Part shown: positions 36,730 to 47,125 of the stretch, one piece after another | Numbering within the stretch: position 1 is the stretch's first letter | How the letters are laid out: the number at the start of each line of letters is the position of its first letter | Assembly: GCA_040755615.1 (NCBI GenBank) | Contig: JBFMAL010000012.1 | Span: 7 to 64,006, forward strand | Direction: 5' to 3' | DNA from: Bacillota bacterium | GTDB taxonomy: Bacteria; Bacillota; Sulfobacillia; DUSP01; DYEP01 | Length of the DNA: 64,000 nt | The notes under the pieces: generated by a model | What the model saw: the letters and a program-made list of their open reading frames with translations, nothing else | Told to the model about the DNA's origin: nothing | Database searches by the model: none | Program-made: the position numbers and the translations under genes

Positions 36730-37455
36730 TCACAAAAGTAGCATTACACGCCGGGCCGCCTCGTCAAAACTGGCCGCTTCGTACACCCTGCCCTGTACCG
36801 CAGCCGGAGCGGCGAGCCCGTAGCGGTTCAGCCAGATCACACAAAGACCGACCTCCAGGGCACCAGAGATATCTGTAACAGGGGAATCCCCCACATAGAT
36901 ACCCTTTTCTGGCAAAGAGCCCTGAGCGCGCACTGCTTCAAGGAAGATCGCCGGATCGGGCTTTGCCGCACCATACCTCTCAGAAAACACGAGCGACCTC
37001 CGGTCGAAGTATTGGGCGATTCCCAGTGCCTCCAGTTTTTGCATCTGAAGCTCCTCGGGCCCGTTACTGACTATCCCGCAGCCGATGCCGGCTGATTTGA
37101 GTGTTTGAAGCAGCGGCAGCACCCCGGAATATGGCCTGATGCTCGAAAAGAACGATTGAAACCATCTCCTTGTCATCGCCTGCGCAAGACTTGAGCTTGC
37201 GCCTGAATCCAAGAGGGCGCCAGCGAAGATCGATTCAAGCATCTCATAAGCGCTCAAGCAGGCGCCGGAACGGGCAGGTGCAGCGTGAACGAATAATCCC
37301 TTCCAGAATGCGGCTGCAATCAGTGCACTGGCCTCCTCGGGATCGCCGGATACGGGCGTGTAAGTACGGAGAACGTCCCTAAGTGCAAGGTCAGAGAATC
37401 CCGCAAAATCATATAACGTTCCATCCAGATCGAATAGGACGTACTCGGCTTTCAT
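36730..37455 (-). CDS. HAD-superfamily (subfamily IA) phosphatase inside the cob operon
   Basis: FDLDGTL, SNG, KPDP.IF, VGDS..TD. Confidence 0.9.
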   Translation of the reverse strand: MKAEYVLFDLDGTLYDFAGFSDLALRDVLRTYTPVSGDPEEASALIAAAFWKGLFVHAAPARSGACLSAYEMLESIFAGALLDSGASSSLAQAMTRRWFQSFFSSIRPYSGVLPLLQTLKSAGIGCGIVSNGPEELQMQKLEALGIAQYFDRRSLVFSERYGAAKPDPAIFLEAVRAQGSLPEKGIYVGDSPVTDISGALEVGLCVIWLNRYGLAAPAAVQGRVYEAASFDEAARRVMLLL

Positions 37456-37457
37456 GG

Positions 37458-38987
37458 TTAGCGGGGCGCCACGTGAAGCAGGCCGTAAATGAGATTCAGA
37501 TTTGTGTGCTGCCTGACGATCTCAGCAAGGCGATTAAGCTTTCGTTCCCTGACCTGGCGATGATGCTCTCCCCTCGGTACCCGGAAGGCTCCACCCTTGC
37601 GCGCGCACAGCGCGTTTAAGAACGCGTGCCTGAAGTTTTCGTTATGGAAGATATCATGAAGGTAGGTGCCGAATACCCGCCCGTTCTCGCACACCGCCCC
37701 CTCGGCCTCCCCTGAAGGCTGTATGGAGAGCCAGTGTTTGCAACCTGGCCACAGGCTCGTGATCCCCATGTGGATCTCATACCCCTCTACCTCCTGTCCA
37801 AGGATCTCATTTAAGAAACCTGCTCCTGTCACCACCTTCGCCCGCACTCGGGTTACTTGCTTTTCTGGCCGAAACTCGGTCACTGTATCGAGCAGCCTTA
37901 GTCCTTCCACCTCTGTGATGTCCGATTCCACCCTGCCTGGGTCTACGATCTTTTGTCCGAGCATCTGGTACCCACCGCATATGCCGATGACCAGTACTCC
38001 CTGCCGGACCAGCGCTTCGATCTGGCGGTCATATCCTGAACGCCTGAGATAGATCAGGTCCGCCACCGTGCTTTTGCTGCCGGGCAGGATCACAGCGTCT
38101 ACATCGCCGATGGGTTCCCCGTTTCGGATGTAGCGCAGTGCAACGCCCTGTTCCGCCTCGAGGGGCTCGAAGTCTGTGAAGTTGGATATGTGGGGCACCT
38201 GGATCACGCCGATGGTGAGTCTGCCCGGCTGTGATGCGCCGCTCCGCTCGGACAGGCTCACAGAATCCTCTTCTTCCACGAGGCGCTCGTGTATGTAGGG
38301 GATAACCCCAAGGACTGGTTTCCCCGTGCGCTTTTCCAGGAAATCTAGGCCCGGCTCGAGCAAAGCGAGGTCTCCGCGAAACTTGTTGACGACAAAGCCA
38401 CCAATACGGTCGACCTCCGCAGGCTCCAGCAGCTCAAGCGTGCCTACGAATGATGCGAACAACCCGCCCCTGTCGATATCCCCAACCAGAATCACAGGCG
38501 CATCCGCCAGCTCGGCAATTTTCATGTTGGCAATATCCCGCTCTTTCAGGTTGATTTCCGCGGGGCTGCCGGCGCCTTCAATGACAACAATGTCGAACCG
38601 GGAAAGCAGGCTCTTAAGCGACTGCTTCACAACAGGCATGACCGTTGGAATGTAGAGATCCCGGTATTCCCTGGCGCCGAGGTGGCCTACCGGCCTGCCC
38701 AGCAGCACCACCTGGGCCGTGTGGTCCGCGGTGGGCTTAAGCAGGATAGGGTTCATGATGGCCTCTGCCTCGATCCCCGCGGCCTCAGCCTGCACGCCCT
38801 GTGCCCGTCCGATCTCCCTCCCGTCGGCTGTGGCGTACGAGTTCAGCGACATGTTCTGAGACTTAAACGGCGCTACCGAAAAGCCGTCCTGACTGAAGAT
38901 GCGGCATAAAGCGGTGGCGATTACGCTCTTTCCCACGTTAGAGCCCGTGCCTTGAACCATAATTGCCTTGCCCGGCATAACGCTCAC
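37458..38987 (-). CDS. cobQ: Cobyric acid synthase (CobQ/CbiP)
   Basis: QGTGSNVGKS, PFKSQNM, EGAGSPAEINL, GICGGYQMLG, GTYLH. Confidence 0.97.
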   Translation of the reverse strand: MSVMPGKAIMVQGTGSNVGKSVIATALCRIFSQDGFSVAPFKSQNMSLNSYATADGREIGRAQGVQAEAAGIEAEAIMNPILLKPTADHTAQVVLLGRPVGHLGAREYRDLYIPTVMPVVKQSLKSLLSRFDIVVIEGAGSPAEINLKERDIANMKIAELADAPVILVGDIDRGGLFASFVGTLELLEPAEVDRIGGFVVNKFRGDLALLEPGLDFLEKRTGKPVLGVIPYIHERLVEEEDSVSLSERSGASQPGRLTIGVIQVPHISNFTDFEPLEAEQGVALRYIRNGEPIGDVDAVILPGSKSTVADLIYLRRSGYDRQIEALVRQGVLVIGICGGYQMLGQKIVDPGRVESDITEVEGLRLLDTVTEFRPEKQVTRVRAKVVTGAGFLNEILGQEVEGYEIHMGITSLWPGCKHWLSIQPSGEAEGAVCENGRVFGTYLHDIFHNENFRHAFLNALCARKGGAFRVPRGEHHRQVRERKLNRLAEIVRQHTNLNLIYGLLHVAPR

Positions 38988-40078
38988 TCCTCCTCCAGCA
39001 CGTGACGCAGCTCCTCAACGAGTCTTTCATTCTCGCCTGGAAGTCTCACCGCCACTCTGATATAGTACTGGTCAAGACCTCTGAAATTCGAGCAATCGCG
39101 TATGAGTATCCCCCGGCGACCAAGCCTGTCTCTGATCAGGGGCGCGGGGTAGCCGCTTCCTCTGACATCGCAGAGAATGAAATTGGCAAACGAGGGGAAG
39201 GGTTTCATCACTTTCATGCCGGCGAGCGAACGTAGGAGAGAGGCCCGCTCCTCACTTACCAGCGCCACGCTTCTCCTCACGTATTCCGCATCCTCGAGGC
39301 AGCGTACGCCTGCCAGCTGGGCAAGCACATTGACACTCCATGGATCCCGCATGGCGTCCATGGCTGCAACAACCGCTTTCGGTCCGATCCCATAACCCAG
39401 CCGGAGACCCGGCAGGCAGTATAACTTGGTCAACGAGCGGAGGACAAAAAGATGTTCAGCATCCTTTTTTGCAGAGCCACCTGGACCCGCGCTTTCTTCG
39501 GGCAAAAAGCCCGCGAAGGACTCGTCTAAGAGCACGAAGGTGCCGGCCCTGTGCGCCGCTTCAATGAGGCCGCCGAGCGCATCATGAGAGGTCCTCATCC
39601 CGGTTGGATTGTTCGGGTTACAGAGCACCAGGAGATCGTAGCTGGAGAACCCGATCCGCCTGATGAGGTCTGGCACGGGCAGGGCGAAACTGTCGTCGGG
39701 ATACATCAGTACGGGATCGACTTCACCGCCCACCGCGCTCACCGCCCTTTCGTACTCCATAAAGGTGGGAACCGGCATCAGGACTCTTTTCGGTTTTATC
39801 ACACGGCAGAGGAGGTGTATGAGTTCGGCGGCCCCGTTTCCGACTACTACCCGCTCTTTTGGTACACCGTGCTCCAGCGCGAACACTCCCTTCAGCGCTC
39901 CCCCGAAGGGCTGAGGATAAAACCGCACAAGCTCCACATTTTGCCGAAGTAGCGCGAGCACTGATTCGGGCGGTCCGAGCGGATTTAGGCTGGCGCTGAA
40001 ATCTATTATCTCGCCAACGGGCTTCCCAAACTTCAAAGCCACTTCCCACACGTTTCCGCCGTGTTCAAATCTCTGCAC
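38984..40078 (-). CDS. cobD: L-threonine-O-3-phosphate decarboxylase
   Basis: HGGN, DFSASLNPLG, CNPNNPTG, SLTK...PGLRLGY, IRDCSNF. Confidence 0.92.
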   Translation of the reverse strand: MQRFEHGGNVWEVALKFGKPVGEIIDFSASLNPLGPPESVLALLRQNVELVRFYPQPFGGALKGVFALEHGVPKERVVVGNGAAELIHLLCRVIKPKRVLMPVPTFMEYERAVSAVGGEVDPVLMYPDDSFALPVPDLIRRIGFSSYDLLVLCNPNNPTGMRTSHDALGGLIEAAHRAGTFVLLDESFAGFLPEESAGPGGSAKKDAEHLFVLRSLTKLYCLPGLRLGYGIGPKAVVAAMDAMRDPWSVNVLAQLAGVRCLEDAEYVRRSVALVSEERASLLRSLAGMKVMKPFPSFANFILCDVRGSGYPAPLIRDRLGRRGILIRDCSNFRGLDQYYIRVAVRLPGENERLVEELRHVLEEE

Positions 40079-40105
40079 TTTCGAATGCGTCCCCTCCTCT
40101 GGCTG

Positions 40106-40882
40106 TTACGTAATGGCTGCAAAGAGCAAAAGAAAGGATATCTCTGCGATCTCATTGACCGCGCCGTATACGTCACCGGTCATGCCGCCTATCCGGAGTG
40201 CGACACCGCGGGAAAAGCCGCAAGCGGCCAGTAGAGCGCCCAAGATGGAGATGAAGACGGCGGTAATTCGCACGAGGTCGCCCGCCCGTATGAGGGCCCA
40301 GATTGCCAATAGACAGGCAGTGAGGAGTAACGAGGCGCGCATCTGCCGGACGCCGCCCTCCTCTGCGTACCGGCGTCCGAGTCCTTCTTCCTTCCTGGCG
40401 TAGCCATACAGCGCGATGGCGGCTACCATCGCCTGACGCCCTGCCACAGCCATGAAGAAGATGGCCTCGGTGCGGACGTCATCCCCCAGCTCCAGCAGCA
40501 ACGCGAATTTGAGAAGGAGCGCCATCACCAAAGCCGTAGCGCCCATCGCTCCGATGCGACTGTCGCGCATGATCCCAAGGATCGTCTCGCGATCTTTCCT
40601 GCTGCAGATACCGTCGAACGTATCTGCGAGCCCGTCGAGATGAAGCCCTCCGGTGACGATGGCCAAAGCCGCGACCACTGCCGCGGAGCGGACGGGGGTG
40701 GAAAACACCTGCCCGGCTGCGACATCAATGCTGAGCACGATCCCGCCGATAATCCCGCCTGCGAGCGGAAACAGCTCCACCTGACGCGCCCCATCGCCGG
40801 TTTGCCGTCCGCCAGGCGACGGCACCGGGAGAATAGTCAGAAGTGCGATGGCACCAAAGAGCTGTCGCAGGTAAGCAAACAA
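40106..40882 (-). CDS. cobS: Cobamide (5'-phosphate) synthase
   Basis: TGGLHLDGLADTFDG, IMRDSRIGAMG, GGMTGDVYGA; AGGAGG SD before TTG 40882. Confidence 0.95.
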   Translation of the reverse strand: MFAYLRQLFGAIALLTILPVPSPGGRQTGDGARQVELFPLAGGIIGGIVLSIDVAAGQVFSTPVRSAAVVAALAIVTGGLHLDGLADTFDGICSRKDRETILGIMRDSRIGAMGATALVMALLLKFALLLELGDDVRTEAIFFMAVAGRQAMVAAIALYGYARKEEGLGRRYAEEGGVRQMRASLLLTACLLAIWALIRAGDLVRITAVFISILGALLAACGFSRGVALRIGGMTGDVYGAVNEIAEISFLLLFAAIT

Positions 40883-40895
40883 GTCGTATCCCCTC

Positions 40896-41849
40896 CTAGA
40901 CGGCTGCCCGGATGATTGCGCCCAGCCCAAGTCCTATCCACGCGGTTATCTGCACCAATCTGAGCGCGTAATCAATATGCTCTTCCGCCGGCGTACCTCC
41001 TTCTTCTCCAAGAAGGGGTCGCGTCAAGGCGCGTCCGCGGTAGCAATTCACACCACCGAGCCGGACCCCGAGGATACCCGCCATCGCTGCTTCGGGATAG
41101 CCGCTGTTTGGGCTTTCGTGCTTGCGCGCGTCCCGCCGCATGGTCTTCCACCCCCTTGACCAACCATAACCGAGCACGTACCCGCCTGCGATCATCAGCA
41201 ACCCCGTAAGCCTCGCGGGTAGGTAATTGGCCAGATCGTCAATTTTTGCGGCCGTGAGACCGAAGTGCAGGTAGCGCTCATCCCGGTAGCCGATCATTGA
41301 GTCAAGAGTGTTAATGGCTTTGTATGCCAGCGCTAAGGGAGCGCCGCCGATGAACGCATAGAACATGGGGGCGATAATTCCATCACACGTGTTCTCTGCT
41401 GCAGTCTCAATGGCCGCCCTCGCCACTTCGCTTTCGTCCAAATGTGCGGTATCCCGGCCTACTACCTGAGCAAGCGCATGGCGAGCAGCGGTCAGATTGG
41501 TCTTCAGACCGGCCTTCACCGCCAGTACGTGTTCGTTCAGACTGCGCACCGCGATGGCGGTATAAAGGAGTATGGTGTGAAGCACCAATCCGGCCGGTTT
41601 CCACACGTGCTCGGCCCAGCGAAGCACGGTCAGCACTGCAAGATATGTTCCAGCTACGATGACCAGGGTAGAAAAGAGCCCCGCAGCCCTCTGAACTCCC
41701 GGTGAGCTCTCATCTTTCCTCAGCCGCTTCTCGAGAAAGAGGATGGCTTTGCCGATCCCCACCACCGGGTGGGGCAGCCACCTGGGATCACCGAGGACGA
41801 GATCCAGAAAGAAGGCGATGATCACCTGAACCCAAACGTACCCGAACAC
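40896..41849 (-). CDS. cbiB: Adenosylcobinamide-phosphate synthase
   Basis: GDPRWLPHPV, VGRDT, AENTCD, NTLDSMIGY, SPNSGYPEAA. Confidence 0.96.
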   Translation of the reverse strand: MFGYVWVQVIIAFFLDLVLGDPRWLPHPVVGIGKAILFLEKRLRKDESSPGVQRAAGLFSTLVIVAGTYLAVLTVLRWAEHVWKPAGLVLHTILLYTAIAVRSLNEHVLAVKAGLKTNLTAARHALAQVVGRDTAHLDESEVARAAIETAAENTCDGIIAPMFYAFIGGAPLALAYKAINTLDSMIGYRDERYLHFGLTAAKIDDLANYLPARLTGLLMIAGGYVLGYGWSRGWKTMRRDARKHESPNSGYPEAAMAGILGVRLGGVNCYRGRALTRPLLGEEGGTPAEEHIDYALRLVQITAWIGLGLGAIIRAAV

Positions 41850-41859
41850 CGGTTATCCC

Positions 41860-42432
41860 TCATCTCAGGCGTAGCGGTATGCCCGCAAGGAGTATGTATA
41901 CCTCATCGGCCAGCCCGGCGAAGAGCTGGTTTACTTTGCCCGCCAGATCCCTGTACACCCGGCTCAGCCGGTTGTCAGGGACGAGTCCCATGCCCACCTC
42001 GTTGGACACGACGATCACGTCCGCTTCAGTGTTTCGTGTAAGGGTGGCGACCGACTCGAAGTAACCGAGCAGCTCCTCAGAGATCCTGGATGCGTCATGC
42101 GCTGAATACAGGCGGTCTCCATCAATCCCCGCTCTGTCCAACAGGTGATTTGTGACCCAGAGGCTCAAGCAATCCACCAGAAGGACTCTGCCTGAACTCC
42201 CGTGCTCGCGCAGGATCTTCTCTAGGAGGAGCGGTTCCTCCACCGTAATCCATTCTTGCGGACGTCGCGAACGATGCGCCCGGATACGCTCCCGGGTCTC
42301 CTCATCAACCACAGGCGAAGTGGCGACGTACACGACCTCTTTTCCGCTGCCTCCGGCATATCGCTCAGCAAAACTGCTCTTTCCGCTTCTTGCCCCCCCG
42401 GTGATGAAAACAACCTTTCCCGCTGGTGCCAT
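41860..42432 (-). CDS. cobU: Adenosylcobinamide kinase / phosphate guanylyltransferase
   Basis: GGARSGKSSFAE, RIRAHRSRR, VDCL, SNEVGMG. Confidence 0.96.
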   Translation of the reverse strand: MAPAGKVVFITGGARSGKSSFAERYAGGSGKEVVYVATSPVVDEETRERIRAHRSRRPQEWITVEEPLLLEKILREHGSSGRVLLVDCLSLWVTNHLLDRAGIDGDRLYSAHDASRISEELLGYFESVATLTRNTEADVIVVSNEVGMGLVPDNRLSRVYRDLAGKVNQLFAGLADEVYILLAGIPLRLR

Positions 42433-42490
42433 TTTGTCCCACTTCTTTCTGATCTCATGATCCCTCGCGCCCGATCCGCTTCCAGTTCTC

Positions 42491-43606
42491 CTAATAGAAC
42501 ATGCGCATTTTGAACCGCCTGCGCAGGATGTAGATGAAGAATGGCCCGCCCCCCAGCGCTGTTACCAGTCCCACCGGGAGTTCAGTCGGGGCGATGACCG
42601 TCCTGGCCAGGGTATCCGCAGCCACCATGAAAGCAGCACCTCCAAGAGCGGAGGCCGGGATCAGGAGAGAATGATCGGGCCCGGCGATCATGCGGGTGAC
42701 ATGAGGTACGATCAGCCCGACGAATCCGATCAGGCCGCTCTGTGATACCGCAGTAGCTGTAAGGAGTGTGGCGCCGGCCAGAAGCATCTTTCTTGCCCGC
42801 TCCACGTTTATCCCGAGGTGCCTGGCGCTCTCGTCTCCCATGAGTATGCAATTGAGCTCCCTGGTATGGAAAACGACGATGGCCACACCAAGAGTGAAGT
42901 ACGGGAGAGCGGCTTTGAGGTATAACCACCTGGCACCGTCGAATCCTCCCATAAGCCAAAAGACTACCTGATGCAGCCGCTCCCCGGAAAAGTACATGAG
43001 CAGTGACACGATGGCTGAGAGAAACGACCCCACCGCGATGCCCGCAAGAAGCAGGGTAATAACAGAAACGGCGTGTCCGACCCTGGCCAGGTGGTAAACA
43101 ACTAGCACCGTCACAAGAGCGCCGACAAACGCTAGCGAAGGCACGGCCCCTACTCCCAGAACACGGAAACCAGGGTTGAGCAGTATGGCGACTGTAGCTC
43201 CGAGGGCGGCACCGGAGGATGCGCCGATCACATAGGGGTCTGCCATTGGGTTTCGGAACAGCGCCTGGAAAGTAGTGCCGGCAACAGCGAGGGCGGCTCC
43301 CACCATGGCCGACGCCAACACCCGTGGCAGCCTGATGTCAAGAATAATCGTCCGGGCTGTGCCCGCTGCGGTCGTGGGCCTGCTCAGAATGCCGACCAGT
43401 TCTTCCAGCGAGACGTGCACCGCTCCAACCCGAACGGCGAGCGACATGCTTAATATCAGCGAAGCGAGAAGTATCACGATCATCGCTCGCTTCTTCCACT
43501 TCCTGCGCTGCGCTGATGCGAACAGGCTGTGTGAGCCGGGTGGGGAAGCCCACCTGGTTTCCCCACCGGCGACGCTGCGGCACCTTTCATGCTCAACCGT
43601 TTCCAT
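42491..43606 (-). CDS. btuC: Corrinoid ABC transporter permease (FecCD/BtuC family)
   Basis: IRLPR, FRNPMADP, GFVGLIVPH, ELPVG. Confidence 0.88.
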   Translation of the reverse strand: METVEHERCRSVAGGETRWASPPGSHSLFASAQRRKWKKRAMIVILLASLILSMSLAVRVGAVHVSLEELVGILSRPTTAAGTARTIILDIRLPRVLASAMVGAALAVAGTTFQALFRNPMADPYVIGASSGAALGATVAILLNPGFRVLGVGAVPSLAFVGALVTVLVVYHLARVGHAVSVITLLLAGIAVGSFLSAIVSLLMYFSGERLHQVVFWLMGGFDGARWLYLKAALPYFTLGVAIVVFHTRELNCILMGDESARHLGINVERARKMLLAGATLLTATAVSQSGLIGFVGLIVPHVTRMIAGPDHSLLIPASALGGAAFMVAADTLARTVIAPTELPVGLVTALGGGPFFIYILRRRFKMRMFY

Positions 43607-43660
43607 CTGTTCGCCCCCCCGTGTTAACTGGGCGTTATACCTTCGTAGCGCTGCGGGCTG

Positions 43661-44629
43661 CTAGTCAAGGAGCCCGGGATGGATGATCCTTACCAGCTGT
43701 TCCAGCGCATCCACCGCCCGGGGACCTGGCCGAGAAATAATATTTGCATCAATACCGTAGACCTTCCCGTCCTTCACGGCACTGATCTCCGACCATCCAT
43801 CCCGTGACCTGACCTGTTCAACAGTGAGTGCGGTACTACCGTGGAACTCCGGGAAGATGATTACCTCTGGGTTTCTCTTTATGATGGTCTCAGAACTGAA
43901 TTTGGGATAGTCGGCGTCGGCATCGTAGGCGATATTCCTTCCTCCTGCAGTTTCAATTAGCTGGCTGATCAGGGTCCTCGGTCCCACGGTCATGATGGGG
44001 TCTGAATAGACCTCGTAGTACACCCAGGGCCGTTTGTCCATGGGAATACGGGAGACCCTGGACTGGACTTGATCGATCCTGTTTCGCATCTGTCTTATCA
44101 GTTCATCTGCGCGCTCCTGCGCAGAAGTCGCAAGTCCTATCCACTTGATGCTTTCAAGGAGGTCATCAAGGCTTCCAGGACGCACGACAACAGCAAGCAT
44201 TCCGAGCTCTTGAAGACGCTTCACGGCTTCTTCATGGATGCTTGTGGCAAACACCAGGTCTGGCTGCAGGGAGACGATCTTCTCTACGCTCGGTTTGGAG
44301 AAACCACCGACCTTCGGAAGATTGGCAGCCTCAGGCGGATAGTCGCTATAGTCATCCACTGCGACCACCTTGTCCCCCAGCCCTAGGGCAAAGAGTATCT
44401 CGGTGTTGCTCGGGGCGAGCGAAACCAGCCTTTCGGGTGCAGAGTCAAGGGTAATCTGACGGCCCATATCGTCAGTAACGGTGAGCGGGTAACCGCCTGT
44501 CTCGACCGAAGGATCAACTGGCGACTGCGCCCGGTTCAGGGCACACCCACCTGACGCAAGGACGAAAAGCGCAGGTATAAGCAGTGTCGCTACTAATTGT
44601 GGAAGCCGGTTTATATAACGCGCAAGCAT
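43661..44629 (-). CDS. btuF: Cobalamin-binding lipoprotein
   Basis: Lipobox SGGC, RLVSLAPSNTEILFALG, RPGPR; first gene after the B12 riboswitch. Confidence 0.88.
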   Translation of the reverse strand: MLARYINRLPQLVATLLIPALFVLASGGCALNRAQSPVDPSVETGGYPLTVTDDMGRQITLDSAPERLVSLAPSNTEILFALGLGDKVVAVDDYSDYPPEAANLPKVGGFSKPSVEKIVSLQPDLVFATSIHEEAVKRLQELGMLAVVVRPGSLDDLLESIKWIGLATSAQERADELIRQMRNRIDQVQSRVSRIPMDKRPWVYYEVYSDPIMTVGPRTLISQLIETAGGRNIAYDADADYPKFSSETIIKRNPEVIIFPEFHGSTALTVEQVRSRDGWSEISAVKDGKVYGIDANIISRPGPRAVDALEQLVRIIHPGLLD

Positions 44630-44669
44630 GTATCTTCCCCTCCTGATAGAAGGTTAGAATTTGGGGAGA

Positions 44670-44702
44670 AATAGAAAACCCCGGTGTCGACGGACCGGGG
44701 TA
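44670..44702 (-). terminator. Attenuator terminator of the cobalamin riboswitch
   Basis: accccggt-ccgtcgac-accggggt followed by tttctatttc on the minus strand. Confidence 0.75.
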
Positions 44703-44789
44703 ACAGGACCTTGGCTTTACGGACCGAGACCGGAGAAAAACTCTGCGGCCATAGCGTGTCCCCCTTTCCCTCGAAGGTAAACTCCGCAT

Positions 44790-44980
44790 TGCAGATAGGC
44801 AGGTCTCCTGACTCCCGGATCATCACCTTCGAGCGCCTTCCCATTCCCCTTTCAGGTTTGGAGAGTACGGGGAACAGTGGCTTTTTGCTCTGGTTTCCCG
44901 GTTACAGTGGCGGGACCGTTCAGGATTTGCACCTGATTCCCTATTGAGCCCTGACGGGCACCTGTCCGCTAAGTCTATTC
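44790..44980 (-). ncRNA. Cobalamin (AdoCbl) riboswitch
   Basis: AGGUGC..AAUAGGGAA..GGUGCAAAUCC..CGGUCCCGCCACUGUAA..GCCACUG..UGGGAAGG..AGUCAGGAGACCUGCC (B12 box). Confidence 0.95.
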
Positions 44981-45059
44981 TGTTGTAATCAGTATAACAC
45001 AGGGGTGAGAAGAAGGGAATATGCAGAAAATGATCTGCTGTCACCCTAGCATGGGGAAT

Positions 45060-46886
45060 TCACTCCACCGTAACGCTCTTTGCTAGATTCCTCGGTTTGT
45101 CGACATCACAACCGCGCTCCACAGCCGCATAGTATGCGAGGAGCTGTTGCGGAATGGCCGTGAGTACGGGCATAAGCAGAGGATGAGTGTGGGGAACTCG
45201 AATGATGCTGCTGGAGTATTCATCCAGTCCCTCTGCATCGTCCGTGGTGATGATAATCACGCGGGCACCTCTCGCCCTGACCTCCGTGATGTTGCTGACC
45301 ATCTTCTCCAGCACGTCTTTCTGCGTGGCAAGGGCGATTACCGGCACGCCCTCTGTGATGAGAGCAAGTGTACCATGTTTCAATTCACCTGCAGCGTAGG
45401 CCTCAGCGTGGATATAGGAGATCTCTTTCAGCTTCAGCTGACCCTCAAGAGCAGAGGCGTAATCCACCCCCCTGCCAATAAAGAACACATCGTCGTGGGC
45501 TGCGAGTTCCTTCGCCAGCTCCTGCATACCCGCACATCGTTCCAGAGTCTCCTGCGCCTTCCTTGGAAGCATCCTAAGATGCATCACGTATTCGTTCAGT
45601 TCATAAACGTCCATGCGTCCCCTCATTTGCGCGATATAGAGGGCAAGAAGGCTCAACGCCTCTACCTGGGTAGTGTAGGCTTTAGTGGAAGCAACCGCGA
45701 TCTCTGGCCCCGCCCACGTATATATCACATCGTCCGCTTCTCTCGCCACCGAACTGCCTACAACATTGGTGATAGCGATGACCCTGCAACCCCGCGCTTT
45801 GCCTTCTCTTAGGGCCGCGAGAGTGTCAGCTGTTTCACCTGACTGGCTTACAACGACCAAAAGAGAGCCGGGTGTTATAACTGGATTTCTGTACCGGAAC
45901 TCGGAGGCCAGGTCCACCTCAGCCGGGATGCCAACGATACGCTCCATGAAGTGTTTCCCTACCATGCTTGCGTGGAATGCGGTACCGCAGGCAACCAGGA
46001 ACACCCTGTTTATCGCCAGAGCGTCCGCTTCTGTCATCGTCATCTCTGTCAGGACCACCTTGCCATCTGGAGAAAGTCGGCCTCTCAAGGTTTCAGATAG
46101 TGCACCGGGCTGTTCATGGATTTCCTTCAGCATGAAGTGCGGGTAACCCCCGCGTTCTGCCTGAACTGGATCCCAAGGTACGAAGAAAGGCTTCTTTTCC
46201 CGCTCCTCGCCGGACAGGCTAAGCACCCGGACCGAGTCGCACGTGATCACGGCCATCTCTCCGTCCTCAAGGACAATGGTCTCCCGGGTATGATTGAGCA
46301 GCGCGGGTATATCAGATGCGAGATAGTTCTCACCCTGCCCCAATCCTACAATCAGCGGGCTCAGGTTCCTCACAGCGACGATCTTGTCCGGTTCCTTCGT
46401 GCTCACAACTGCCATCGCATAACTCCCGTGGAGGTCCTTCGCGGCCCGCTGCACCGCCTGCTCAAGACTTCCCTCATAGTAGTGCTCGATGAGGTGGGGC
46501 ATCACCTCTGTATCCGTTTCAGATCTGAACACATGTCCCCGCTTCTGCAGGAATTCCCTGATGCGGGCATAATTCTCAATGATCCCGTTGTGGACAACAG
46601 CTATTTCGCCCTCACAGTCCGTGTGCGGGTGAGCATTGGTATCCGACGGTTTTCCATGAGTCGCCCAGCGGGTGTGGCCGATGCCCACCTTGCCTTCCAA
46701 ATGATTCTGCAATAGCCGTTTCTCGAGAGCCTGTATCCGGCCCTCGCACTTTTCAACCAGCGCCGAATGGCCATCCACCATGGCCACGCCCGCTGAATCG
46801 TATCCCCTATACTCGAGCTTCTTCAGTCCATCTATCAGGAAGGGCAACGCAGTCCTGTCACCCACATAACCCACTATGCCGCACAT
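45060..46886 (-). CDS. glmS: Glutamine--fructose-6-phosphate aminotransferase
   Basis: MCGIVG, LEYRGYDSAG, GHTRWATHG, SQSGETADT, PRNLAKSVTVE. Confidence 0.98.
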   Translation of the reverse strand: MCGIVGYVGDRTALPFLIDGLKKLEYRGYDSAGVAMVDGHSALVEKCEGRIQALEKRLLQNHLEGKVGIGHTRWATHGKPSDTNAHPHTDCEGEIAVVHNGIIENYARIREFLQKRGHVFRSETDTEVMPHLIEHYYEGSLEQAVQRAAKDLHGSYAMAVVSTKEPDKIVAVRNLSPLIVGLGQGENYLASDIPALLNHTRETIVLEDGEMAVITCDSVRVLSLSGEEREKKPFFVPWDPVQAERGGYPHFMLKEIHEQPGALSETLRGRLSPDGKVVLTEMTMTEADALAINRVFLVACGTAFHASMVGKHFMERIVGIPAEVDLASEFRYRNPVITPGSLLVVVSQSGETADTLAALREGKARGCRVIAITNVVGSSVAREADDVIYTWAGPEIAVASTKAYTTQVEALSLLALYIAQMRGRMDVYELNEYVMHLRMLPRKAQETLERCAGMQELAKELAAHDDVFFIGRGVDYASALEGQLKLKEISYIHAEAYAAGELKHGTLALITEGVPVIALATQKDVLEKMVSNITEVRARGARVIIITTDDAEGLDEYSSSIIRVPHTHPLLMPVLTAIPQQLLAYYAAVERGCDVDKPRNLAKSVTVE

Positions 46887-46989
46887 GTTCGTTTCCCCTT
46901 CTTTCCTTTGTGATATAACAAAACAGGCCATGCGTACCCAAGAGGTGCATGGCAAAAGAGCATTCGCAGGCTCGCCCTGGCCACCCGGT

Positions 46990-47125
46990 CCCTGTTGTCC
47001 CCACGGTCGCCCGAGGGATTTGAGGAACGTTTTACGGCTGGTGATCCGCCGCGGGGCATCCGCCGAATCTTCGATAAACCCCGACCCTCGTCCACTCGCA
47101 ACAACGAGCGAGTTCAGGCGCTTTT
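46990..47125 (-). ncRNA. glmS ribozyme
   Basis: AGCGCCUGAACU..GACGAGG..UUUAUCGAAGAUUCGGCGGAUGCCCC in the glmS leader. Confidence 0.93.
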
